Assembly: GCF_000025665.1 (NCBI RefSeq)
Contig: NC_013926.1
Location: forward strand, 90,001 to 122,000
Direction of reading: 5' to 3'
Length of the DNA stretch: 32,000 nucleotides
From: Aciduliprofundum boonei T469
GTDB taxonomy: Archaea; Thermoplasmatota; Thermoplasmata; Thermoplasmatales; Aciduliprofundaceae
Made by a program: the position numbers and the translations under genes. This document shows, piece after piece, positions 1-7,567 of this stretch. Numbering within the stretch: the stretch's first letter is position 1; each line of letters opens with the position of its first letter. The notes beneath the pieces are model-generated. The model was not told the origin of the DNA, made no database searches, and saw only the letters and a program-made list of their open reading frames with translations.

Positions 1-172
1 TTATCTCCTCCACTATTTTTTTAACCTCTTCTATTAGCTCCTTGGCACGAGAGCGCAGAGAAGGATTTTCGGCCATAATCTTACCCATAACTGCCTTATA
101 ATTCGCCTTACCCCCGTGCAAAATTGCATTTTGCAGCGCGTACTTGAGAATGATGTCTCGCAAATCTTCCAT
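1..172 (-). CDS. gltX: Glutamyl-tRNA synthetase, N-terminal fragment (gene runs off the window start)
   Basis: Absent from the ORF track because it is edge-truncated. A reverse-strand ATG at 172-170 opens MEDLRDIILKYALQNAILHGGKANYKAVMGKIMAENPSLRSRAKELIEEVKKIVEEI. This resembles the GatB/YqeY-like helical N-terminus I recall from archaeal GluRS (YALLNA..H.GKAN.GAVMGKVM...P.LR). Only 57 codons are visible. Confidence 0.45.
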   Translation of the reverse strand, partial: MEDLRDIILKYALQNAILHGGKANYKAVMGKIMAENPSLRSRAKELIEEVKKIVEEI

Positions 173-210
173 AAGCGGGGATAAGCAGCTGTGTTGATAA
201 AGTTTTTCGG

Positions 211-1023
211 CTATATCAATTGAGCGAGTTTCTTTATGTCTTTATTTGCCACATGAGTATAAATCTGTGTAGTTTTGAGATGCTTGTGCCCTAAAAGCTG
301 CTGAATATACCTTATATCCGCGCCTCCTTCAAGCAGATGAGTGGCAAAGGAGTGCCGCAGGGTGTGGGGAGTTACATTTTTGTTTATTTTTGCTCTTCTA
401 GCAGCGTTTTTCACTATTAATTGAATAGATTTGGGAGAGTATTTCTTTCCTCTTTGCGACATGAAAACGTATCCCTTTGATTTCCTCCCGTAAATCTCAA
501 GCGTGTTCTTTAAATTTGGATGCAGGAAAACCACCCTTTCTTTATCTCCCTTTGCGACCTTTATGTGAATTATTTCCCTTTCAAACTCAACATCTTCCCA
601 GCGGATGTTTCGCACCTCTTGCAATCTCATTCCAGCATAATAAAGAAACATCAGAACAAGGCGATGCTTAATATTATGAGTTCCATAGATCATTCTCTTC
701 ACCTCATCCCGAGATAGTACCACGGGCAATTTTTCCTTCTTCTTGGCGAGGGGTATCTCTTCATTAAATCTCTCGTGGAGCACATTGCGATAGAAGAATT
801 TCAATGCGAAATATGCCTGTCTAATTGTGGATTTGCTCTTATCTGAATAATACTTAAGAAGAAACTCTCTCGGCGTGAGTTCGGAGCGAAGATAGTTTTT
901 AACAACATAAATGTATGCTTTTCCTGTCCGATATGAGTATTTGCGGAGCTTTATCTCCTCTATAAGCTTACCGATCAACTCGTATCGCCCTTTCGGGGTA
1001 ATGTTTTTATTATCAAATGGCAT
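211..1023 (-). CDS. xerA: Tyrosine site-specific recombinase (XerA-like / phage-integrase family)
   Basis: 270-aa ORF with ATG at 1023-1021. The full catalytic set is visible: AGMRLQE (Arg), KGDKER (Lys), [12 protein letters not shown] (His-x-x-Arg), LGHKHL (His) and TQIYTHV (Tyr nucleophile). An N-terminal SAM-like core-binding domain is present ([19 protein letters not shown]). The gene sits alone between housekeeping genes. Confidence 0.85.
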   Translation of the reverse strand: MPFDNKNITPKGRYELIGKLIEEIKLRKYSYRTGKAYIYVVKNYLRSELTPREFLLKYYSDKSKSTIRQAYFALKFFYRNVLHERFNEEIPLAKKKEKLPVVLSRDEVKRMIYGTHNIKHRLVLMFLYYAGMRLQEVRNIRWEDVEFEREIIHIKVAKGDKERVVFLHPNLKNTLEIYGRKSKGYVFMSQRGKKYSPKSIQLIVKNAARRAKINKNVTPHTLRHSFATHLLEGGADIRYIQQLLGHKHLKTTQIYTHVANKDIKKLAQLI

Positions 1024-1046
1024 ATTCTATGTAATGAGTTATGGGG

Positions 1047-1054
1047 TAATAAAA
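1047..1054 (-). promoter_or_regulatory. TATA-like box for xerA (TTTTATTA on minus strand), centred about 27 nt upstream of the ATG; implies a leaderless or very short-leader mRNA
   Basis: The sequence taataaaa at 1047-1054 is the reverse complement of TTTTATTA. Spacing to the start codon at 1023 matches archaeal TATA-to-TSS geometry. Confidence 0.4.
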
Positions 1055-1079
1055 CTTCCGAATAACTCGCAAAACAGAT

Positions 1080-1104
1080 GGATTATGCGCATTTCGCATA
1101 ATCC
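1080..1104. promoter_or_regulatory. Perfect 10-bp inverted repeat with 5-nt spacer (GGATTATGCG cattt CGCATAATCC); candidate recombinase core site, operator or hairpin terminator
   Basis: Read directly from the sequence: 1080-1089 is the exact reverse complement of 1095-1104. It lies 56 nt after the nog1-like stop and 57 nt upstream of the xerA start. It is flanked by GAATAACT (1060-1067) and AGTTATTC (1107-1114). Confidence 0.6.
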
Positions 1105-1159
1105 TAAGTTATTCTTGAAATGTTTCCGATTCAAAAATATATTTAAAGCACAACAATAA

Positions 1160-2113
1160 TCACAACTCCATCCTCGCAATAACCTCACCCATCAACTTCT
1201 CCAACCCTTCTCCCGTCTTCGCAGAAATCTTGATGCGCTGGGAATCGGTGCAGAGCAAATCTACCTTGTTCTCTACCTCCAAAATCGGAATGTCGAAATC
1301 CTTCTTTATCTCTTTTAGAAGTTTGAGTTGCTCATCCATGCTGTACCCGCATGTCTCCGAAGGATCAAGGAGAAAAACTATAACATCTGCCAGATATTTT
1401 AATGCAAGAATTGCCTCCTTCTCTATCCTGTTTCTCTTTTCCAAAGGTCTGTCTAAAAGGCCTGGCGTGTCTACTATCTGCACTCTTCTGCCCCGAATCT
1501 CCATATGTCCAACCACGATTCCTTTTGTGGTGAATGGATAGGATGCTATCTCTGGCTTGGCAGTGCTCATCTTTGATACCAATTCTGATTTCCCAACATT
1601 AGGATAGCCAGCAATAACCACTGTAGGCAATTCAGGATTGATATCCGGCAATTTTCTTATTATATCGCGAACTTGTCCCAAATATCTCAGTTTGGGTGCA
1701 ATCTGCTTGAGAATTGAGGAGGTTCGTCCATAGAACTCTTTGCGGAACTTTATGGCCTCTTCCACCTTTCCAACTCCCTTGATTTTGCGGGCGTATTTAT
1801 CGGCGAAACCGCTTATTTTCTCCATTGCCCAAACCAAGGAGGCAAGTGCCTTCTTATACTCATCCTTATCCACAAGCAAATCCAGGAGGGTACGATAGAA
1901 TGGATGAAGTTTGTTAATGTAAGGAAAGGAATCCACATACTTCTTAAGCGTGCTCACGGCCACATCTCTCGCAGTGTAAATCTTTGCAATGCTGAGATTC
2001 TTATGAAATCTAAGGCGATTCTTGCTTAAAGGCACCTCGACTTTCTTAGAGCGCCTAAACATCTTATCGATTATCTCTTCTGCCGTGAGCACTGTGGGAA
2101 TGTTGCGATACAC
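1160..2113 (-). CDS. Nog1-type (Obg/HSR1-family) GTP-binding protein
   Basis: 317-aa ORF with a GTG start at 2113. GTPase motifs are G1 GYPNVGKS, G3 DTPGLLDRP and G4 NKVD. The N-terminal helical NOG1-like domain begins IPTVLTAEEIIDKMFRR. Confidence 0.8.
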   Translation of the reverse strand: MYRNIPTVLTAEEIIDKMFRRSKKVEVPLSKNRLRFHKNLSIAKIYTARDVAVSTLKKYVDSFPYINKLHPFYRTLLDLLVDKDEYKKALASLVWAMEKISGFADKYARKIKGVGKVEEAIKFRKEFYGRTSSILKQIAPKLRYLGQVRDIIRKLPDINPELPTVVIAGYPNVGKSELVSKMSTAKPEIASYPFTTKGIVVGHMEIRGRRVQIVDTPGLLDRPLEKRNRIEKEAILALKYLADVIVFLLDPSETCGYSMDEQLKLLKEIKKDFDIPILEVENKVDLLCTDSQRIKISAKTGEGLEKLMGEVIARMEL

Positions 2114-2130
2114 ATGGTTGCATATGATTC

Positions 2131-2142
2131 AAGTATAAATAG
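2131..2142 (-). promoter_or_regulatory. TATA-like box for the nog1-like gene (CTATTTATACTT on minus strand)
   Basis: aagtataaatag at 2131-2142, centred about 24 nt upstream of the GTG at 2113, within the divergent nog1/metG spacer. Confidence 0.35.
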
Positions 2143-2149
2143 CATATGG

Positions 2150-2162
2150 AAAAATTAAATAT
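2150..2162 (+). promoter_or_regulatory. TATA-like box for metG (AAAAATTAAATAT)
   Basis: Centred about 27 nt upstream of the metG ATG at 2184. Confidence 0.35.
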
Positions 2163-2183
2163 CTATGGGAAATATGGGGTCCT

Positions 2184-4388
2184 ATGCGTATATTTATAGG
2201 AGTTGCATGGCCATACGCTAATGGCCCCATTCATCTAGGACATATAGTTGGAGCCTATCTTCCGGCGGATATATTTGCCAGATATCAGAGAATGCAGGGA
2301 AATGAAGTGCTTATGGTCTCGGGCAGTGACGAGCATGGCACTCCAATAACAATCACTGCAGAGAAAGAAGGAAAGAGTCCGCAGGAGATAGCGGATAGAT
2401 ATCATAAGATAAACAGCGAGGTTATGGAAAAATTAGGCATATCCTTTGACCTTTATTTTAGAACCTCACATCCAAATCACGAGAAAATAGTAAAGGATTT
2501 CTTCCTACGCCTTTGGGAAAATGGATACTTGTACAAGAAAAAAATGCTTCTGCCATACTGTCCTCAGTGCAAGAGATTCTTACCAGATAGGTATGTTGTA
2601 GGCACATGCCCATATTGCGGTTACGAAAATGCCCACGGAGACCAGTGCGATAACTGCGGAAGAATGCTTGATCCAAAGGATTTGATAAATCCAAGATGCG
2701 TAATTTGCGGTACGCCCACAGAATTTAGGGAAACGGAGCATATATTTTTCGCGCTATCCAAATTGGAAGGAACCATTCTGAAATGGCTCGAAGACAAAAC
2801 TTACTGGAGAGATAATGTAATAAAGTTCACAAGAAACTTTGTAAAAGGTGGTCTCAAAGATAGAGCAATAACGAGAGATTTGGAGTGGGGAGTTGAAGTT
2901 CCGTTAGAGGGTTTTGAAAATAAGAAAATATATGTGTGGTTTGATGCCGTTATTGGTTATCTCTCCGCAAGCATAGAGTGGGCCAGGCGCAACAATAAGG
3001 ATTGGGAAGCTTTCTGGAAAGATGAAAACACAAGACATTATTATTTCCTTGGGAAGGATAACATTCCCTTCCATACCATAATATGGCCAGCCATGCTAAT
3101 GGCTCACAAAGGTCTAAATCTTCCTTACAATGTGGTAGCAAACGAGTACCTTCGCTTCTCAGGTGAGAAATTCTCCAAGAGCAGAGGAATAGGTGTATGG
3201 ATGCCAGAATTGCTGGAGAATTTCCATCCAGATATCATAAGATTTTACGGTACAGTTAATATGCCAGAAAGCAGGGATTCAGATTTCACATGGGATGATT
3301 TTGTCCAGAAGGTAAATGAAGAGCTGATAGATAAATTTGCAAATTTCGTGCATAGAGCCTTAATATTCGCCTACCGCAATTTCGGAGAGGTCCCGCCAAG
3401 GGGAGAGGTTGACGAGGTTGATAGAGAAGCCATAAAACTCATAATGCAAACAATAAAGAAAATGAACAAATATATGGAGAGCGTAGAACTCAAAAAGGCA
3501 TTCAAGGAGTGGCTCAATCTCGCAAGATATGGAAATGTGTATTTTGACCGCAAAGCGCCTTGGGCCCTGTGTAAAGAGGATAGGGAGAAATGCGCAACTG
3601 CAATAAACATCTCGCTTCAAATAGTGCAAGCTTTGGCCATACTGGGAGCACCTTTCCTTCCATTCACATCAGAGAGAATCTGGAAATTTTTGGGAAACGA
3701 GGACTCCATATTCCAGCACAAATATATAGAAGCAATAAAAAATTTGAAGGTGGGTGAGAAATTGAAAAAACCGGAAGTGCTATTTGAAAAAATAAAGAGA
3801 GAAGAGGAGAAATATGAGAAATGGGAGCAAATAGACCTTCGAGTGGCAGAAGTTGAAAGCGTTGAAGACCATCCCAATGCCGATAAGCTCTATGTGCTTA
3901 GAATAAATTTAGGTGATGAGAAGAGAACATTAATAGCTGGATTGAAGAGATTTTACAAGAAAGAGGAGCTATTGGGCAAAAAGCTCATCATCATAGCCAA
4001 TTTAGAGCCCGCCAATTTCAGGGGAATTAAATCTGAAGGTATGCTCCTTGCGGGAGAGGATGAGTCCACGGTGGGCTTCTTAACTCCTCAGGGAGATGTG
4101 CCTCCTGGCTCAAGAGTACAGGCGAATGGAGTATATTCGAATCCCAAAGGAATACTGAAATTCAAAAAATTCCAGAAAATGAAGATGGAGGTTGTAAACA
4201 TTGAAAGGGAAAATGGAAAAATAGTGGCTAAGGGAAATAAAGATTACCCACTTGATTTTAAAGTGCCAGAGGAATGGATAGGCAAGCAAGGAGTCATATT
4301 CATAGATAAAAAACCGCTTATTCTCCATATTGGCGATGTTCGCATAGCTCCGGTAAAGTATGTCAAACCCGGAGGAAAAATAAGATGA
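2184..4388 (+). CDS. metG: Methionyl-tRNA synthetase with C-terminal tRNA-binding OB domain plus an extra 89-aa tail
   Basis: 734 aa. Class I motifs are present: HIGH-type (PIHLGHIVG) and KMSKS-type (KFSKSRG). Double zinc-knuckle insertion: CPQC...CPYC...CDNC...CVICG. The Trbp111/EMAPII-like OB domain starts IDLRVAEVESVEDHPNADKLYVLRINLG (aa 550-645). Confidence 0.95.
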   Translation: MRIFIGVAWPYANGPIHLGHIVGAYLPADIFARYQRMQGNEVLMVSGSDEHGTPITITAEKEGKSPQEIADRYHKINSEVMEKLGISFDLYFRTSHPNHEKIVKDFFLRLWENGYLYKKKMLLPYCPQCKRFLPDRYVVGTCPYCGYENAHGDQCDNCGRMLDPKDLINPRCVICGTPTEFRETEHIFFALSKLEGTILKWLEDKTYWRDNVIKFTRNFVKGGLKDRAITRDLEWGVEVPLEGFENKKIYVWFDAVIGYLSASIEWARRNNKDWEAFWKDENTRHYYFLGKDNIPFHTIIWPAMLMAHKGLNLPYNVVANEYLRFSGEKFSKSRGIGVWMPELLENFHPDIIRFYGTVNMPESRDSDFTWDDFVQKVNEELIDKFANFVHRALIFAYRNFGEVPPRGEVDEVDREAIKLIMQTIKKMNKYMESVELKKAFKEWLNLARYGNVYFDRKAPWALCKEDREKCATAINISLQIVQALAILGAPFLPFTSERIWKFLGNEDSIFQHKYIEAIKNLKVGEKLKKPEVLFEKIKREEEKYEKWEQIDLRVAEVESVEDHPNADKLYVLRINLGDEKRTLIAGLKRFYKKEELLGKKLIIIANLEPANFRGIKSEGMLLAGEDESTVGFLTPQGDVPPGSRVQANGVYSNPKGILKFKKFQKMKMEVVNIERENGKIVAKGNKDYPLDFKVPEEWIGKQGVIFIDKKPLILHIGDVRIAPVKYVKPGGKIR

Positions 4389-5035
4389 AGGTGGATATGC
4401 ATACCCACTCCGCATACTCTCCAGACGGAAAGGTTCCAATCAAGGATATGCTTAAAAGAGCAAAAAAAATCGGGCTTGGTGCAATAGCCATAACGGACCA
4501 TAATGAAATAAAAGGTGCTTTGAAAGCCAAGAAACTTGGAATATTAGAAGTTATAAGAGGTATCGAGGTCTCAACTGCACAAGGGCATGTCCTAGCTTAC
4601 GGGATAGATTGCAAGATTCAAAGGGATTTAAGCATAGAGGAGACAATTGAAAAAATACACGATTGCGGGGGAATTGCCGTGGCGGCTCATCCATATCGCT
4701 TCTGGTCGGGAATTGGAGAGGAAAATGTGAAAAGGCACGATTTTGATGGGATAGAGGTTTTTAATGGAAGGTGCAAAGAAAGTTCGAATCGAAGGGCAAG
4801 AAATCTTACCGCTATTCTCCACAAGCCCTTTACGGCAGGAAGTGACGCCCATTTTTTAGATGAGATCGGAAAGGCAGGGATAATAGTTGACGGTGAAAGA
4901 GAAGAAGAGATAATAGAGGAAATATTGAAAAAAAATGTTAAAACCTTCGGTAAATCTAGAGGCACATCGGATACAATAAGGTATGTGAAGAAAGCTGTGG
5001 GAGAGTGGATAAAAAGGGGATTTAAAAAAATCTAA
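4385..5035 (+). CDS. PHP-domain metal-dependent phosphoesterase
   Basis: 216 aa. The N-terminal MKVDMHTHSAYSPDG and ITDHN motifs are typical of the PHP family, and further His/Asp ligands are present (AAHPYR, GSDAH). The ATG overlaps the metG stop codon (ATGA). Confidence 0.8.
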   Translation: MKVDMHTHSAYSPDGKVPIKDMLKRAKKIGLGAIAITDHNEIKGALKAKKLGILEVIRGIEVSTAQGHVLAYGIDCKIQRDLSIEETIEKIHDCGGIAVAAHPYRFWSGIGEENVKRHDFDGIEVFNGRCKESSNRRARNLTAILHKPFTAGSDAHFLDEIGKAGIIVDGEREEEIIEEILKKNVKTFGKSRGTSDTIRYVKKAVGEWIKRGFKKI

Positions 5036-5364
5036 ATCAAGTTTTCAAATCTCCCCTTAATTTGCTCTATTTCATCATAAACATCCCTATCTGCAAGAAC
5101 TGCGAGGACACCTTTTTTACCTACCGATGTTATTATGAGATTTTTTCCATCATCTAAATGCACAACAACTTTTTTTAAAGCACCCATACCCATCGTGGCA
5201 GTTTCAGCAGCACCCAATATTATTGCACTCATAGCAGAAAAGGTATCTCCTCCATCAAAACTATCTCCCTCTATAAACATACCTGTCCTACTTATAAGTG
5301 CAACTTTCTCAACCCCCTCAATCCCCCCGATACTATCCAAAGCATCTCTTATTGTATCAGACAT
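5032..5364 (-). CDS. Roadblock/LC7 (MglB-like) domain protein
   Basis: The ORF track extends to 5430, but I prefer the internal ATG at 5364 (MSDTIRDALDSIGGIEGVEKVALISRTGMFIEG...). That gives a family-typical 110 aa and places a strong TATA-like box about 29 nt upstream. Confidence 0.7.
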   Translation of the reverse strand: MSDTIRDALDSIGGIEGVEKVALISRTGMFIEGDSFDGGDTFSAMSAIILGAAETATMGMGALKKVVVHLDDGKNLIITSVGKKGVLAVLADRDVYDEIEQIKGRFENLI

Positions 5365-5386
5365 CAAATTTAGAATAGTTTTTGCA

Positions 5387-5398
5387 AATATAAATATT
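5387..5398 (-). promoter_or_regulatory. TATA-like box for the Roadblock gene (AATATTTATATT on minus strand)
   Basis: aatataaatatt at 5387-5398, centred about 28 nt upstream of the ATG at 5364. Confidence 0.4.
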
Positions 5399-5464
5399 TT
5401 GCTGAAAAATTTAGAAAATGAGAATCTCAAACTTAATATACATTAGAAAGTTTAAGGTGCCACG

Positions 5465-6469
5465 ATGAAAAAATTTAGTGCAATTGTGTATATAGTCATA
5501 ATTGCCATATCCATCCCATTGTACCTACTCATGCTCCACAATTTAAGTTCTATACTCATTCTTATCACAAATTTCATAGTTGGGATCTATCTCCTCGTTA
5601 AAGGTAGTGATTATTTTGTTGAAGGAGCTGCCAGCATAGCGGCTCATAAAAAAATCAGCCAGCATACAATAGGCTTAACTCTTGTAGCTTTAGCCACATC
5701 CCTTCCAGAATTTGCAGTATCTACAATTGCATCCGCCTCAAACCATCCTGTAACTGCCTGGGGAAATGCTGTAGGAAGTAATATTGCAAACATAGGCCTA
5801 GTTTTAGGTATCGCGGCAGTTCTAATGCCATTATCTCTTTCAAAGCATGTGAAAAAGGATGCTGCAATTTTAGTAACCGTTACAGGAATATTAATTTTAA
5901 TTGCACTTATAACAAGGGAGATCGCATGGTGGGCAGGATTGTTATTCATAGGTATTTATGGGGCATATCTTTGGGAGATTAGAAAGAGAGAGGAAGATGT
6001 AGAAAGTGTGCCCATTGAGCATTCTTGGCTCTGGTCCTGGATATACACCATATTCGGAGCAATAGGAATTGTTTGGGGCGCTAAGGTTGTGGTAGAATCC
6101 GCAGTAAATTTAGCAATAGTTTTACACATACCGGAGATAATCATAGCAATTACTGCAATAGCAATAGGAACCTCGCTTCCAGAGATGGCCACAAGCGTAA
6201 CAGCTGCTCTAAAGAAGAAATACGGCATTGCTGTAGGAAATGTAATAGGTAGCAACATATTCAATACTCTAATTGTATTGGGAGGTGCCTCTCTATTTAA
6301 CCCAATAAAGGTCCCTATGAACGATATTGTTTTCAATTCAACATTCTTGGGAATATTCACGGTAGCTGCTGCCCTGATGTGCATAAAGAAGAAGATAAGA
6401 AGGTTTGAGGGATTTGCACTAATCCTGCTTTACATCATATTCTTCGTTTTTCTCCTTTACTACTCCTGA
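5465..6469 (+). CDS. Ca2+/cation antiporter (CaCA family, YrbG/NCKX-like)
   Basis: 334 aa, polytopic membrane protein. Two alpha-repeat signatures are present: GNAVGSNIANIGLVLG and GNVIGSNIFNTLIVLG. An AAGGTG SD-like element lies just upstream of the ATG. Confidence 0.85.
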   Translation: MKKFSAIVYIVIIAISIPLYLLMLHNLSSILILITNFIVGIYLLVKGSDYFVEGAASIAAHKKISQHTIGLTLVALATSLPEFAVSTIASASNHPVTAWGNAVGSNIANIGLVLGIAAVLMPLSLSKHVKKDAAILVTVTGILILIALITREIAWWAGLLFIGIYGAYLWEIRKREEDVESVPIEHSWLWSWIYTIFGAIGIVWGAKVVVESAVNLAIVLHIPEIIIAITAIAIGTSLPEMATSVTAALKKKYGIAVGNVIGSNIFNTLIVLGGASLFNPIKVPMNDIVFNSTFLGIFTVAAALMCIKKKIRRFEGFALILLYIIFFVFLLYYS

Positions 6470-6978
6470 TTCACATATGATAAAAACTTTGCAAGAGGCA
6501 TACCTTCATCCCATTTCAGTATGAAATTCCCCTCTCTCGTGACAGGGAGTTTTGGAAGGATATCGTATAGTAGCTTAATCCTACCACTCAAACCCCCCAC
6601 AGGCAGAGCAAATATTCTCCAAGGATCTCCTCTATAACCTTTTAGACGAAATGCGTATAGTCCAAGTATCTTGGCGCTTTTACACTCTTCCAAGAACCTC
6701 TGCGCTTGTTCTTGAGCTCGAGAGCTTGAGTGAGTGAAAATTATAGTTTTACTTGATGATGATTTAACTTCAATGGGAAAAGAATAATCATCCCTTATGG
6801 CAACAAGATCCACCCCCAAAGAGCCAGCAGCACGAAGAACCATAAAAGGCTTGAATTTTGAGCTTTCGTACCATCTAAAATCCTCGCCCAAGGACTTTTT
6901 GAATTTTGAAATTATCCTATCCTCTCCTGATAGTATGCCTTTGAGTTCCCTCTCATAAATTGAGCCTTTACTTCCCAA
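6460..6978 (-). CDS. hjc: Hjc-family Holliday junction resolvase-like nuclease (PD-(D/E)XK) with insertion and C-terminal extension
   Basis: 172 aa with a TTG start at 6978 preceded by GGTGAT. Hjc signature elements are KGSIYEREL, RAAGS..VDLVA and IEVKSS (catalytic E...D...E-x-K). It is longer than the roughly 125-145 aa I recall for canonical Hjc. Confidence 0.6.
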   Translation of the reverse strand: MGSKGSIYERELKGILSGEDRIISKFKKSLGEDFRWYESSKFKPFMVLRAAGSLGVDLVAIRDDYSFPIEVKSSSSKTIIFTHSSSRAQEQAQRFLEECKSAKILGLYAFRLKGYRGDPWRIFALPVGGLSGRIKLLYDILPKLPVTREGNFILKWDEGMPLAKFLSYVNQE

Positions 6979-7027
6979 ACAATCACCAATAGAAAATTGT
7001 TAAGAGGCATAAATATCTTTGCGATGA

Positions 7028-7037
7028 TTTTATATAC
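7028..7037 (+). promoter_or_regulatory. TATA-like box for the CBS-domain gene (TTTTATATAC)
   Basis: Centred about 26 nt upstream of the ATG at 7058. Confidence 0.4.
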
Positions 7038-7057
7038 AGAGTAAACAATAAACATTT

Positions 7058-7567
7058 ATGAGTGAAGACCACAAGGATATTAGATATGTCCTGAAAAACT
7101 TTTATCGCGTGCCCGTTGAGCATATAATGACCAAGAATCTTTGGGACATGCCTATTCTTCCAAAAGACGCTAGCATTGAAGATGTTCTCTCTATAATGTC
7201 TGCAAGGAGGCATGTTTGGATCGTTGATAAGAAAGGCAGCAAGAAAGTTATTGGGATAATTACCGAAAAGGACCTTCTAGATATACTGGCTCCAAAAAGA
7301 ATACAGCCTTATGTTATTGGAAGTATAGATTTAACCTCTCTTCTGCTTGGTAATGTTAGAAAAGCCGAGGATATAATGTGCAAGAAGCTCATAGTGGCGC
7401 ATCCAAATGATACAATTGAAGATGCATTAGATAAAATGCGCTCGTTTAGACTCCGCAGATTGCCCGTTGTAAATGAAAAAGGGGAGCTTATGGGAGAATT
7501 AACAATAAAATCTCTGATCATACAGTTCCGAAAAGTTCTGAAATGGTACAGAATAACCAAGGATTAA
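7058..7567 (+). CDS. CBS domain pair protein
   Basis: 169 aa. Two CBS-like units are visible: VEHIMTKNL...VWIVDKKGSKKVIGIITEKDLL and AEDIMCKKLIVAHPNDTIEDALDKMRSFRLRRLPVVNEKGELMGELT. Confidence 0.8.
   Translation: MSEDHKDIRYVLKNFYRVPVEHIMTKNLWDMPILPKDASIEDVLSIMSARRHVWIVDKKGSKKVIGIITEKDLLDILAPKRIQPYVIGSIDLTSLLLGNVRKAEDIMCKKLIVAHPNDTIEDALDKMRSFRLRRLPVVNEKGELMGELTIKSLIIQFRKVLKWYRITKD

Noticed and set aside
1-2113. The tyrosine recombinase gene as the marker of an integrated mobile element or provirus.
   Set aside because: It is flanked directly by housekeeping genes (GluRS N-terminus, Nog1-type GTPase, MetRS). There is no adjacent tRNA gene, no direct repeats resembling att sites, and no phage or plasmid genes. 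A chromosomal XerA-type role fits better.
2120-2148. Two GCATATG heptamers (2120-2126 and 2142-2148) flank the nog1-like TATA box in the nog1/metG divergent spacer.
   Set aside because: They are short, A/T-rich, self-palindromic hexamer cores that could easily recur by chance in a 70-nt AT-rich spacer. No further support was found.
5365-5430. A 22-codon N-terminal extension of the Roadblock ORF (MRFSFSKFFSKIFIFAKTILNL). Similar 5' extensions occur in ORFs 8665-8778, 11890-11904, 30619-30633, 27104-27109 and 21422-21424.
   Set aside because: The extensions are low-complexity or overlap promoters. The internal ATG codons have proper TATA or SD spacing and give family-typical protein lengths.
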